Origin: a virus
Taxonomy: Duplodnaviria; Caudoviricetes
IMG/VR virus record: IMGVR_UViG_3300016665_000396
Location: 1 to 59,164 of that record
Length of the DNA stretch: 59,164 bases
Strand: one strand, 5' to 3'
Position numbers and translations under genes: made by a program
Shown: one piece after another, positions 17,145 to 27,108 of the stretch
Layout of the letters: every line of letters begins with the position of its first letter
Numbering within the stretch: position 1 is the stretch's first letter
Notes under the pieces: model-generated
Database searches by the model: none
Seen by the model: the letters and a program-made list of their open reading frames with translations, nothing else
What the model was told of the DNA's origin: nothing

Positions 17145-20100
17145 ATGACTACACCTAAACACTTCGTAAACCTCCACGCCCATTCAACTTTCTCTGTAGG
17201 GGATGGGATTGGTATGCCTCAAGACCATATTGATTACGCCGTTAAAAATGGTGCAGATGCCCTCGCTCTCACCGATCACGGTAATATGAATGGCTTTTCC
17301 TATCAATACCTCCATGCAAAGAAGCTAAAGGATAAGGGCGTTCCCTTTAAGGCTCTATCAGGTGTAGAAGCCTACTTCATTCCATCCCTATCAGAGTGGC
17401 GTAAGCTTAAGACCGCACAGGATGAAGCCAAGGCTGCTGAAAAGGAAGCAAAGCGTATTGCTGCTAATCCGGATAGCATCGGTGATGAACTCGCTTCTGC
17501 AAAGGCAGAGCTTGAGGAAATGGCTGGCGTAGTAAAGACCGATGAAGATGAAGAAGGTGGAACGGTTGTAGAGAACGAGGACGATAGTAAGTCCAACAAG
17601 TATCGTGACCCTATTCAGCGACGTAATCATCTTGTCCTGCTACCAAAGAATACAGCAGGTCTAAAGACCCTATTCCGTCTTGTATCTAACTCATATATTG
17701 ACGGATTCTACAAGTATCCACGCATTGATCTTGATATGCTTAAGCGGGAAGCAAAGGGTAATATCATCGCCCTATCCGCTTGCGTAGCCGGTGCAGATAT
17801 GCATATCATTGCTTCTCACCAGACAGAGCCGGATTATAATAAGTGGGGTCCGAATAATGTTAACTTTGAGCTTATTCAGAGTGAACTAAAGGATATGATT
17901 TATGCATTTAAGGATGCTCTTGGTGAAGAGAACTATTACCTTGAAATGCAGTTTAATCGTCTTGGTGCCCAGCATCTAAAGAACTTCCACATTATGGAAG
18001 CAGCAAAGCGCACAAACACTAACCTTGTAGTTACTTGTGATAGCCATTACTCCAATCCAGATCATTGGCGTGAGCGTGAACTCTATAAGGCTATGGCTTG
18101 GGCTTCAAAGTCCAAGGACGGTGTTGACGTATCCAAGCTTCCACAGAAGGTAGAAGAACTTAAGTGCGAGCTTTATCCAAAGAATGCCCAGCAGATTTGG
18201 GATAGCTACAAGAGTTATGCCGCTGGATATGATTGTTATAATGATGATGTAGTCCGTGAGGCTATTGAACGCACCTGGGATATTGCCCACAATCAGATTG
18301 GAACGGTTGATTTTGATCGTTCCGTTAAGCTTCCTGTTATTGAGAAGCTTGTTCCAAAGACCCATCTTGAGGATGCCATTGAAAAGCTTGGAGAGGGCAC
18401 GGACGAGGACGTTCTTGCTTTTGAAGAGTTGAAGCGTCTTGCAAAGATTGGGCTTAAGAACCGTAAGCGTGATAAGGATGGGGAATATATTGATCGCCTT
18501 GTCTACGAACTCGGAGTAATCAAGGAACTTAAGTTTGCCAAGTATTTCCTCACATATGCCAAGATTATGGATATTGCTTCAAAGCAAATGATGATTGGTA
18601 ATGCTCGTGGATCTGCTGGTGGTAGTCTTCTATCATATGCGCTTGGTATTACCCAGGTAGATCCTATTCGTTTCGGGCTTCTATTTGAACGTTTCCTTGT
18701 CCGTAAGAAGAAGGGTTTCCCTGATATTGATTCTGATTTCGGTGATCGTGAAAAGGCTGTTAAGCTTATTGGTGATTACTTTGGAACGGAGAACGTTATC
18801 TCGGTTAGTAACTTCAATCAGCTACAGCTACGCAGTTTGATTAAGGACGTTGCTCGTCTTGCTGGTCTACCATTTGATGAAATCAACAAGTATACCGGTA
18901 AGATTGAGAGTGAGGCTCTTGCAGAAGCGAAGAAGACACCAGGATTTGATCGTGCTGGCTGGGTTCTTACATATGAAGAGGCAGAGAATAACTCCGCTTC
19001 ATTCCGTGAGTTGATGGAGAAGTATCCAGACTTTGAAAAGACCATTCGTGTTCTATTCAAGCAGATGCGAAACGTATCCCGGCACGCTGGCGGTGTAATC
19101 ATTACCAGCAATCCTCGAGATAACATGCCAATCATTAAGAGCGGCGATGTTCTACAAACGCCATGGCCAGAGGGTCTTAACGCACGCCACCTTGAAGATT
19201 TCGGTCTTCTAAAGTTTGATATCCTCGGTCTTGGAACCCTTCGTATGTTTGAGGAGTGTATCCGTAAGATCCTCCGTAAGACCATGCCAAACCGCAAGTA
19301 TATTACCTTTGATATGATCAAGAAGTGGTTTGATGATAACCTTCATCCCGACGTTAACGCTCTTGATGATATGAAGGTATTTAAGAACGTTTATTGGGAT
19401 AGCCGTTATGCTGGCATCTTCCAGTTCGTTCAGCAGAACGTTCAGAAGTTCATGGCAGAAATGAAGCCAAAGAATGTCACAGATATTGCTATTGCAACTT
19501 CTATTTTCCGTCCCGGTCCTCTTGGTATCGGTGCTGACAAGCTATATTTGAATAACCGTAAGAACCCTTCAAAGATTGTTTATAAGCATCCTCTACTGGA
19601 AGAGGTATTGGCAGATACGTCCGGTCTAATCGTCTTCCAAGAGCAGCTACAGCTAATCTATCATAAGCTTGCTGGTGTTCCCCTTGAGGATACGGATGCT
19701 GTTCGTAAGGCATTCACCAAGAAGGATCTATCCAATAAGGAGAAGGCTGCAAAGGAACGTGAAGCAATGCGTGAAGACTTTGCCAACCGCTGCCTTGCTA
19801 CCAACAATATCGCCAAGGAAATCAGTTATAGCATCTTTGATGAAATGGAAAAGTTCGTAGCTTATTCATTCAATAAGAGCCACGCTGTTGCCTACGCTAT
19901 TACTTCATATCAGTGTGCATGGTTTCTAACCTATTATCCAGAAGAATGGATTACCACTTACATTGATTACTGTGCTACAGAGAAGGGCAAGCAGGCTGGT
20001 AAGGAAGATCCAAAGGCTATTGCTCTATCAGAAGCCAAGGCTCTTGGATTTACGATTGGTAAGCCCGATGTAAATCTATCGGAAAAGGAATATACGATCC

Positions 20101-20828
20101 GTGATGGTAAGCTTATTCCATCCTTCGCTTCTCTTAAGCACGTTGGTATGACGGTTCTTAATGAGATTAATGAGTTCCGCCCTTACAACACGCTCGAGGA
20201 TTTGTTGTTTAATCCTAATGACACATGGCGTCATTCAAAGTTTAACAAGCGTGCATTGTCTACTCTAATCAAGCTTGAAGCTTTTGAGAGCATGGGATTG
20301 GTAGGTGAGGATAAGATGTTTAAGAACTATCGTCAGCTTCACCATGTTCTTGTAGATAAGGGTGATGATTTGAAGCGGGCTGTCAATAAAAAGAAGAAGA
20401 CTCATAAGGAGGATCTTGCTCGTATTATTGCAGAAGCCCAGGAACTACCAGATTGGGATCTAAAGGAAAAGGTAGAGTTTAGTCGTGCTCTATCTGGAAC
20501 GGTAGATATTGATCTCATTGTTACCCCAGAGATTGCAGAATATTTCCGAACCAGCGGTATTACTTCTATTGACGATTGGGAAGACGACGAGCAGTGGGTC
20601 TGGTGTATTGTTAAAAACGCCCGAGAAGCTAAGACCAAGACAGGTAAGGCTTATATGCGAATGAAGATTTACGGGGCATCCTGCACGGATATGGAGGTCT
20701 TCGTATGGAACTTCAAGGCGGGTAAGGATAAGCTAATCCCAGAGAATAGTCTTATACTTGGAAGGTTCAAGAAGAGTGATTTTGGTTTGTCTACCTTCTT
20801 TGGAACGTTGGAGATTATTAGCAAATGA
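17145..20828 (+). CDS. dnaE: DNA polymerase III alpha subunit (family C)
   Basis: PHP motifs HAHS/TDHG/DSHY; RGSAGGSL, FPDIDSD, KFDILGL, FNKSHA. Confidence 0.97.
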   Translation: MTTPKHFVNLHAHSTFSVGDGIGMPQDHIDYAVKNGADALALTDHGNMNGFSYQYLHAKKLKDKGVPFKALSGVEAYFIPSLSEWRKLKTAQDEAKAAEKEAKRIAANPDSIGDELASAKAELEEMAGVVKTDEDEEGGTVVENEDDSKSNKYRDPIQRRNHLVLLPKNTAGLKTLFRLVSNSYIDGFYKYPRIDLDMLKREAKGNIIALSACVAGADMHIIASHQTEPDYNKWGPNNVNFELIQSELKDMIYAFKDALGEENYYLEMQFNRLGAQHLKNFHIMEAAKRTNTNLVVTCDSHYSNPDHWRERELYKAMAWASKSKDGVDVSKLPQKVEELKCELYPKNAQQIWDSYKSYAAGYDCYNDDVVREAIERTWDIAHNQIGTVDFDRSVKLPVIEKLVPKTHLEDAIEKLGEGTDEDVLAFEELKRLAKIGLKNRKRDKDGEYIDRLVYELGVIKELKFAKYFLTYAKIMDIASKQMMIGNARGSAGGSLLSYALGITQVDPIRFGLLFERFLVRKKKGFPDIDSDFGDREKAVKLIGDYFGTENVISVSNFNQLQLRSLIKDVARLAGLPFDEINKYTGKIESEALAEAKKTPGFDRAGWVLTYEEAENNSASFRELMEKYPDFEKTIRVLFKQMRNVSRHAGGVIITSNPRDNMPIIKSGDVLQTPWPEGLNARHLEDFGLLKFDILGLGTLRMFEECIRKILRKTMPNRKYITFDMIKKWFDDNLHPDVNALDDMKVFKNVYWDSRYAGIFQFVQQNVQKFMAEMKPKNVTDIAIATSIFRPGPLGIGADKLYLNNRKNPSKIVYKHPLLEEVLADTSGLIVFQEQLQLIYHKLAGVPLEDTDAVRKAFTKKDLSNKEKAAKEREAMREDFANRCLATNNIAKEISYSIFDEMEKFVAYSFNKSHAVAYAITSYQCAWFLTYYPEEWITTYIDYCATEKGKQAGKEDPKAIALSEAKALGFTIGKPDVNLSEKEYTIRDGKLIPSFASLKHVGMTVLNEINEFRPYNTLEDLLFNPNDTWRHSKFNKRALSTLIKLEAFESMGLVGEDKMFKNYRQLHHVLVDKGDDLKRAVNKKKKTHKEDLARIIAEAQELPDWDLKEKVEFSRALSGTVDIDLIVTPEIAEYFRTSGITSIDDWEDDEQWVWCIVKNAREAKTKTGKAYMRMKIYGASCTDMEVFVWNFKAGKDKLIPENSLILGRFKKSDFGLSTFFGTLEIISK

Positions 20829-21136
20829 CGTTATACCGTTGCGCTTATCAAAATGAAAATAGTCCGAGAGGAGTATTAATTCATCGTGTTGAAAGAGATC
20901 CGGAAGGCAAGTGGGTGAGAGCAGCGGGAATGGATACAGTAAGCAAGATTGCTTATAATGGAGTTGTTCTCAAGTTGGAAGTAGCTAGATTGACAAGTCC
21001 ATTTATATCAATCAATTGGAATGAAAATAAAACATCAGAATATCACATATGTCTTTATCAAGATTATACGGTGGCTATAGCAGATGAAAAGTGGAGCAAA
21101 TATTTCGTTCCGATAGAAACAAAAACAGAAGAATGA
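20825..21136 (+). CDS. Hypothetical protein
   Basis: ATGA-coupled to dnaE. Confidence 0.65.
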   Translation: MTLYRCAYQNENSPRGVLIHRVERDPEGKWVRAAGMDTVSKIAYNGVVLKLEVARLTSPFISINWNENKTSEYHICLYQDYTVAIADEKWSKYFVPIETKTEE

Positions 21137-21213
21137 TAAAGAATTAAGGCTGGAAGGGTAATCTTTCCAGCCTTATCTAATTAAGAATACACTATTACGA
21201 AGGTATATCTCAC

Positions 21214-22215
21214 ATGAAACTTACAAAAGATTTGCAAGCCCTTTTAGACGGCGAAGTTAAGAGAGCAGTTAAAGATACCCTTGAAGCAAAAGGATTAACT
21301 CCAGAGAAACCTAAAAAGTTAACGGAGGCAGCTAAACCTTCTGTAACTCAAGTTCTTACGGGAGCAGTAAAAACTGTTGTAAATACCCTTAAAGAAGGTT
21401 TTACTCTTATTCCAAAATCCCATCTCATGAAGACGGAGAAGCTTTCAGATGCTACAAAAACAGCTCATGATAAGCTTTATAAGGGCTATGTAGAGGCATT
21501 TAATAAGGTTGCTGCTGGATTAGTTGCAGCAGACAGAAATGAAGTTAAGAGCACCGCTAGTTCTTATCGTTCTCTTAAAACAGATGAAACATATAACTTC
21601 AATGGCGTAAAGCTTCACGAGCTATATTTTGCAAATATTTCTGATGTTGATAGTGAAATCAGAGTAGACAGTCTTCCATACATGAGATTATCACGTGATT
21701 GGGGAACATTTGAAGCTTGGCAAGAAGATTTTATGGCTGCTTGCATGGCTTCCCGTAACGGCTGGGGTATGACAGTTTGGGAACCATATCGTAACGTTTT
21801 TATGAACGTTGTTGTTGATAGTCACGACAAAGATATTCCTCTTGGTTGTATTCCAGTTATCGTTATGGATATGTGGGAACATGCTTATTTCAAGGATTAC
21901 GGAATTGATAAAAAGGCTTATCTTTTTGCAATGATGAAAGAATTGAATTGGGACGTTATTGAAGCACGTATGCAAGTATGTGATAATTCTAAGATTGATT
22001 TAATCTATAAGATTGAACCACTTACAAATCCAAAGCCTGACGCAATGCTTTCTGCTGCTGCTGAACAAGCACAAACAGTTCCGATTACACAGGTTCAACC
22101 TCCAGCACAAAAGCCAATAACAACTGGATTGGGTAATCAAGCAACAACTCCACTTTCCCCATCTACACCAGCCGCTCCAGCTACACAAGCACCTGGCGTC
22201 CAAACAAGAGGATGA
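21214..22215 (+). CDS. Fe/Mn superoxide dismutase-family protein with N- and C-terminal extensions
   Basis: HDKLYKGYV, LHELYF, DMWEHAY. Confidence 0.88.
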   Translation: MKLTKDLQALLDGEVKRAVKDTLEAKGLTPEKPKKLTEAAKPSVTQVLTGAVKTVVNTLKEGFTLIPKSHLMKTEKLSDATKTAHDKLYKGYVEAFNKVAAGLVAADRNEVKSTASSYRSLKTDETYNFNGVKLHELYFANISDVDSEIRVDSLPYMRLSRDWGTFEAWQEDFMAACMASRNGWGMTVWEPYRNVFMNVVVDSHDKDIPLGCIPVIVMDMWEHAYFKDYGIDKKAYLFAMMKELNWDVIEARMQVCDNSKIDLIYKIEPLTNPKPDAMLSAAAEQAQTVPITQVQPPAQKPITTGLGNQATTPLSPSTPAAPATQAPGVQTRG

Positions 22216-22216
22216 T

Positions 22217-23074
22217 ATGAAGAGATTAAAAGAAAATACATTGATGGTTCGTCATAGTGGTAAACTTGGTTATACCAATCGTTCAAATCGTCCTGTAAGC
22301 ATTCCTGCTGGAACCTTATATGAACATGTTCGTCTTATTGACAAACAACACTCATATGTTCGTATTAATAACGTTCTATATGTTGCACACAATAAAGACT
22401 TGGTATTAAAAGAACAAGTTGTTCAAGCACAGTATCCTCAACAAATGGCAGATTTTGCGCCGGTCCCACAAAAGAATGTTTCTTTAGATCAGGTTGTTGA
22501 CAAATATATTGTTCGCTATGAAAGAGAGAGTATTCCTCAAACTGGTATGCCTGGACCTGGACCTACTCCTTCCGCAGCGACGCCGCCAGAAACATTAGCT
22601 CAACAACCAAGTCCATCTTCATTAGAAGAACGTCAATTGCGTAGTTTAAGTGCTATTTTGTTTGAGCAAGATGCACCAGAAGAAGAACCACCAGCCGATG
22701 AACCTCCACCAGATGAAGGCGATACAGGCGATGAAGGTGGAGGCGGAGGACCACCACCAGAGGGTCCACCAGTAGTCAATACACCAAAGATTAACCTTAA
22801 TGATTTTACTCGCAGCATCGCTCGCCTTATTAACAACTATGATGCTCTATTAAATCCACGTTCTATTATCCTTAATCGTGTTGAAGAATACATCAGAACC
22901 AATTACGATGAAAGAACAGCAAAAATGTTCATTCAAATAATGGAAAGAAATTATGGATTACATCCTACAAATACGGAGTATACTGGACAATCAGGAGGCG
23001 GCGAATTCCCAACACCATATTCCTTCAACGCTGGTGGAGAAGGTGGACAACTTGGTGGAGGTGGCGGCGAGTGA
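22217..23074 (+). CDS. Hypothetical Pro/Gly/acidic protein
   Basis: In operon with SOD. Confidence 0.75.
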   Translation: MKRLKENTLMVRHSGKLGYTNRSNRPVSIPAGTLYEHVRLIDKQHSYVRINNVLYVAHNKDLVLKEQVVQAQYPQQMADFAPVPQKNVSLDQVVDKYIVRYERESIPQTGMPGPGPTPSAATPPETLAQQPSPSSLEERQLRSLSAILFEQDAPEEEPPADEPPPDEGDTGDEGGGGGPPPEGPPVVNTPKINLNDFTRSIARLINNYDALLNPRSIILNRVEEYIRTNYDERTAKMFIQIMERNYGLHPTNTEYTGQSGGGEFPTPYSFNAGGEGGQLGGGGGE

Positions 23075-23077
23075 TCA

Positions 23078-23377
23078 ATGACTAAACCTGTCGGTAGACC
23101 TAAAAAAATTCTTCCTAAAGAACTATTAGAGCTAAGATTTACCAAGGAAGAAATGTTACATTTGAAGAAAGAACTATTCAGACACGGTTTAACAGCACAT
23201 CAATTCATGGGATATCTTATACAACAGATATCTATTAACGATCAAAGATTAGTTGAGTTGCTAAATGAAGCAACACAATATAAGAAACAAAGAATATTGG
23301 AGGGCAAAGAAGAACACGTTGATGCGGAAACTCTATATCGTATGATAGAAGAAGAAAATAAAAAACTTCAGAAGTGA
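23078..23377 (+). CDS. Small putative DNA-binding protein
   Basis: GRPKK start followed by an RHH-like pattern. Confidence 0.55.
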   Translation: MTKPVGRPKKILPKELLELRFTKEEMLHLKKELFRHGLTAHQFMGYLIQQISINDQRLVELLNEATQYKKQRILEGKEEHVDAETLYRMIEEENKKLQK

Positions 23378-23384
23378 GGATTAT

Positions 23385-23741
23385 ATGAAATTCTTAAAGA
23401 AATTATTGGGTGTTGTAGAAGCTACTGAAACAAAGATTGTAACAGTAGAGAGTGGTGATTCTGAAGAGTTAACAAAGAGATTGAGGGAGTTTGATAATCA
23501 AGCATTACAAAGTCAAATAAAAACATTAGAAAAAGTGATTGGATTCCTTGCACAAAAGGTGGAAGTTCAATCAGAAGTTATACGCCGACAATCTGATGCT
23601 ATCAGGGAAATACATACAACTATAGAAGAAATCGCAAACGTGTTTGAAACTGTCCAAAAAGTCACAATGATGGATAAACCACCAGTTGATGACGATGATG
23701 ATGAAGATGAATCAGAGGGTCCAAAGAAATATCTAAACTGA
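23385..23741 (+). CDS. Coiled-coil protein with acidic tail
   Basis: Heptad pattern; SD GAGG. Confidence 0.65.
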   Translation: MKFLKKLLGVVEATETKIVTVESGDSEELTKRLREFDNQALQSQIKTLEKVIGFLAQKVEVQSEVIRRQSDAIREIHTTIEEIANVFETVQKVTMMDKPPVDDDDDEDESEGPKKYLN

Positions 23742-23742
23742 T

Positions 23743-24168
23743 ATGGAAGACATAAATACAAATAACGGTATTAAAAAGTTTTTTGAGAATAATTGGCTAA
23801 CGTTGCTTCTTATATTAGGTGCAGCGTTAGCTTTTTACTTTGGTTTTCAAAGAATATCTGAACTCAATCAAAGAAACTCTGAAATGAATCAGATGCTCCA
23901 AGATCAAAGGGATACTCTAAACGATAACCATGAAACCATCAATAATCTTAATAAAACTGTTGTTGATGAAAGAGCTGCAAGAGAAGAGTTAAGACGAGAT
24001 TATGAAACCCATATGGAAGAAGTTCGTTCTAATCTTCAAAAGCAAATAGATGCAATCCGTCGTGGCAGAACTGTAAGAACAAATGAACTTACAAACAATC
24101 CTTCGGAACTTGTTAACAGCTATAACTCCACATTCGGATTTGGAAGAACTGCGAGTCCTGCGCCATGA
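23743..24168 (+). CDS. i-spanin-like protein
   Basis: N-terminal TM followed by a long coiled coil. Confidence 0.6.
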   Translation: MEDINTNNGIKKFFENNWLTLLLILGAALAFYFGFQRISELNQRNSEMNQMLQDQRDTLNDNHETINNLNKTVVDERAAREELRRDYETHMEEVRSNLQKQIDAIRRGRTVRTNELTNNPSELVNSYNSTFGFGRTASPAP

Positions 24169-24740
24169 TTAAAAAACTTATATCTTCCATCTTATTAGTT
24201 TCTATATTGTTTGGTTGCACTACAGGAAATCTCCCAGGAGGCTCTACAACGGCTGTAGACAATCAAGGCTTCCCTGATATACCTCCATTAGAATTAGCAC
24301 CTGTAGAAGCCGTTGAGGTGCCTACTGTAGAACCTAATCCAAATCCAACACCGGCTCCATTAGCTTTAACTCTTAATCAAGAATTTAGAGCACCATATCC
24401 AGGTATATTTTTCAGCAATGAACAGGCGGCATATATTATTGCCGAATTAGAAGCTTATCAGCGTCGTGTATCTGTGTCTATGGAAAGTATGAGAGACGGT
24501 TATCAGTTAAGATTACGTCATGAGACTGAAGAGTTAAGACTTCAGATTAATAGCGATAGAAATCGATTTCGCATTATAATAGCCGCAAGGGATGCAGAGA
24601 TTGCTAGACTGTTGGCACAAACAGAAAGATTTGCAAACCGTGGGGCAGAATTCCCATGGGAAGCTGTCTTGGTTGGTGCTGGCGGATTATTGATTGGAGT
24701 TGTTGGTGGTTTCTTAATGGGTTTTATTGCTGCTAATTAA
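24165..24740 (+). CDS. Spanin-like lipoprotein with C-terminal TM
   Basis: Lipobox LFGC, Pro-rich linker, coiled coil, Gly-rich C-terminal TM. Confidence 0.6.
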   Translation: MIKKLISSILLVSILFGCTTGNLPGGSTTAVDNQGFPDIPPLELAPVEAVEVPTVEPNPNPTPAPLALTLNQEFRAPYPGIFFSNEQAAYIIAELEAYQRRVSVSMESMRDGYQLRLRHETEELRLQINSDRNRFRIIIAARDAEIARLLAQTERFANRGAEFPWEAVLVGAGGLLIGVVGGFLMGFIAAN

Positions 24741-24763
24741 TACTTAATACTCAAAGGACATAT

Positions 24764-25024
24764 ATGAAAGTACCTCTTTTAAAACAATCTGATGGTAGAC
24801 CATCTGCTTCATTCACAATGATGATTATAGCATTTACCGTAGTTACCCTATGGCTATTTGTTTCTATAGTAGAAGAAGCATTCGGAATTCAAATCAGAGA
24901 ATTCTCAGGTTCTGAAGCAATGAGCTACTTTACACCAATTGCAACCCTTTACTTCTCCCGTAGATGGACAGATAGAAATAATGCAACCGCTGAAACAACC
25001 AGCCAAGAGAAAGCAGAAGAATGA
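24764..25024 (+). CDS. Holin-like small membrane protein
   Basis: Hydrophobic segments and charged tail, next to the spanin-like genes. Confidence 0.5.
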   Translation: MKVPLLKQSDGRPSASFTMMIIAFTVVTLWLFVSIVEEAFGIQIREFSGSEAMSYFTPIATLYFSRRWTDRNNATAETTSQEKAEE

Positions 25025-25025
25025 T

Positions 25026-25910
25026 ATGAAAATTTCAATCAATGAACTTAAGTCCCTAATTGCTGAAGCCGTTAATGAACAAGTTGCAGCACAACAAGGC
25101 AGAAGCTCACAACGTCGTGATCAAGCTGCTTCTCTAATCTCTGCTACAAATCTTCGTAATGCAGAAGCTGTTCTTAAACTTTTAGCACGCAAGTCTGAAG
25201 GTGAAATCTCCCCAGATCAAAAGCGTTATCTAAACATGCTTAAGGGCAAAACTTCCAAAGAAGACCTTAAGGTTGTTCTTGATAAACTTTATGTTGATGG
25301 TCTTAACGGCAAGTCCATTCTTGGTTATTCAGCCATGACACCAAACAAGCTTAAGGATCTCATAAACAATATGAAGTCTGCCAAGGCTGCTGTTGGTAGC
25401 GAAGAAACTCCTTCTGACGTAGAAGAGGTTGAAGCTGATGAAGAAGAAGCTGGTAAAAAATATCAGACAAAGGCTATGACCGGCGGCGCTTCTCTTGAAG
25501 ATATCGCTAAAGAACTTGGCGTCTCTGTTCAAAGAGCAGCAGAACTTGAAAAGAAAGCAATGGAACGTTTTAAGAAAGCCGCCGTTTCTCGTGGTGGACT
25601 TGAATCTTTGGAAAGTCTCAAGGCATTGGCAGTTCCAGCAGCTAAACAATTCGTTGAACGTCTTGGTGAAGTAGGCGTTGAAGATTTCGTAGTAGACGTT
25701 CTTAAAATGCCAAGAGCAACAGAAAAAGATATTGAACTTCTTGTTGATCTTCAAGCAATGGTAGAAGAAGGCGCAGAAGAAGAGGCAGCAGCGGAACTTG
25801 TTAGATTGTATCTTCGTGGTTCCAATCTACCAGTCATGGCTCGCTTCACAGATGCACTTAAAGCAAAAGAAACAGCAGGTAGACCTTCTCTCGTTCGTAA
25901 ATTCTTCTGA
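25026..25910 (+). CDS. Protein with sigma4.2-like HTH and LxxLIxE leader
   Basis: MKISINELKSLIAE; SLEDIAKELGVSVQRAAELEKKAMERF. Confidence 0.75.
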   Translation: MKISINELKSLIAEAVNEQVAAQQGRSSQRRDQAASLISATNLRNAEAVLKLLARKSEGEISPDQKRYLNMLKGKTSKEDLKVVLDKLYVDGLNGKSILGYSAMTPNKLKDLINNMKSAKAAVGSEETPSDVEEVEADEEEAGKKYQTKAMTGGASLEDIAKELGVSVQRAAELEKKAMERFKKAAVSRGGLESLESLKALAVPAAKQFVERLGEVGVEDFVVDVLKMPRATEKDIELLVDLQAMVEEGAEEEAAAELVRLYLRGSNLPVMARFTDALKAKETAGRPSLVRKFF

Positions 25911-26005
25911 TAAATCAAGGGGTTAGAAATTTAAATTTAATCCCTTGACTTTCGTTCCCAGGTATGGCATTATAATATATAACTGCTACTGACCCTGGAG
26001 AAACG

Positions 26006-26782
26006 ATGAATACCATGAAGATCAATCCCGAGAACGTTAATCCCCTTTTCGCCCGCCTTCGTGATCGTGCAAAGCTTTCCGAGTGGCTGGTTAGCTATTA
26101 TTTTAGCGCAGAGAAGACGGATCGTGCGTGGTATAATCCTAACGTGAATGCAGAGAACGTTCTGGCTTATATTTCCGATCCCCGCAGTGGCTTCCCGCTC
26201 TCCCCGGCTGATGTGTGCGATGATTGGGCTATTAAGAAGTCCCTTAAGTCGGATTTTGCCGCTATTGATTTTGATGCTGTCGCTGCCAAGCCTGTGAAGG
26301 GTAAGAAGGAAGCGATCTATAACACCGGAGACGTTTCCCTTAAGAATATCGGTAACGAGCTTCATGGCATTACTGCAATGATGGCTCTTAAGCTTGAAAC
26401 CTCTGGCACCGCAAAGATGCAGCTTATGACGGGCAAGAACCGTGATGGTATGGAAGCTGCTATGGAGCGTATCTCCCAGGCGCACCGTGAGGTTGCAGAC
26501 GCCTACGCTACGCTTCTCCTTTCCTGCAATAGCGTTAACGCTTTCCTTGATGCAATCAAGAAGGCTTATCAGATTACGCCGCTGGAAATGGAAGATATTA
26601 AGACTAACCGGGAGCTTAAGATGATCCAGTTCCTTATGAGTCAGGATGCTACGGATATTGCCGATTACCTCCGTGGGGATATTCTTAAGCAGGATAACCG
26701 GATGAAGAGTTTTCAGACGATGATTAGCAAGCACCTCTACCCGAGCAAGAAGCGTGGTCGTCCGAAGAAGAATGCGAACTGA
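26006..26782 (+). CDS. Early protein with sigma4.2-like HTH and basic GRP tail
   Basis: SLKNIGNELHGITAMMALKLETSG; C-terminal KKRGRPKK; TTGACT promoter upstream; GC-rich codons. Confidence 0.7.
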   Translation: MNTMKINPENVNPLFARLRDRAKLSEWLVSYYFSAEKTDRAWYNPNVNAENVLAYISDPRSGFPLSPADVCDDWAIKKSLKSDFAAIDFDAVAAKPVKGKKEAIYNTGDVSLKNIGNELHGITAMMALKLETSGTAKMQLMTGKNRDGMEAAMERISQAHREVADAYATLLLSCNSVNAFLDAIKKAYQITPLEMEDIKTNRELKMIQFLMSQDATDIADYLRGDILKQDNRMKSFQTMISKHLYPSKKRGRPKKNAN

Positions 26783-26784
26783 TT

Positions 26785-27108
26785 ATGCCAGATCCAGAAT
26801 TACTTAATCACCCATTATATAGTTCTTTCCCAGAGGGCTGGACTACCCGTGCGGTAGGTTCGGTCCTTTTTGTCTTTAAAGAGAACATAAAGATAAGAAT
26901 AGAAGAGTATAGCTATCTTACCATAGACGTTTTAAAACTTAAGCATGATCATGGGATCGTCGTCACTCTTGAAGAAGAAGAGGACGGCGATTTTGCTTTG
27001 GTGTCATGTAAAATCCAATCTGAAAATGGTAAACATGATATCAAACAATGCTATGATATATGTTTGAAGATAGATCGCTTCTTATCGGGAATACAAATAA
27101 ATGACTAA
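26785..27108 (+). CDS. Hypothetical protein
   Basis: ORF in operon. Confidence 0.65.
   Translation: MPDPELLNHPLYSSFPEGWTTRAVGSVLFVFKENIKIRIEEYSYLTIDVLKLKHDHGIVVTLEEEEDGDFALVSCKIQSENGKHDIKQCYDICLKIDRFLSGIQIND

Noticed and set aside
17400-17610. Intein in DnaE (also checked NrdA, RecA, helicase)
   Set aside because: The insert lacks a C/S start and HN-C/S/T end; the other proteins are normal length
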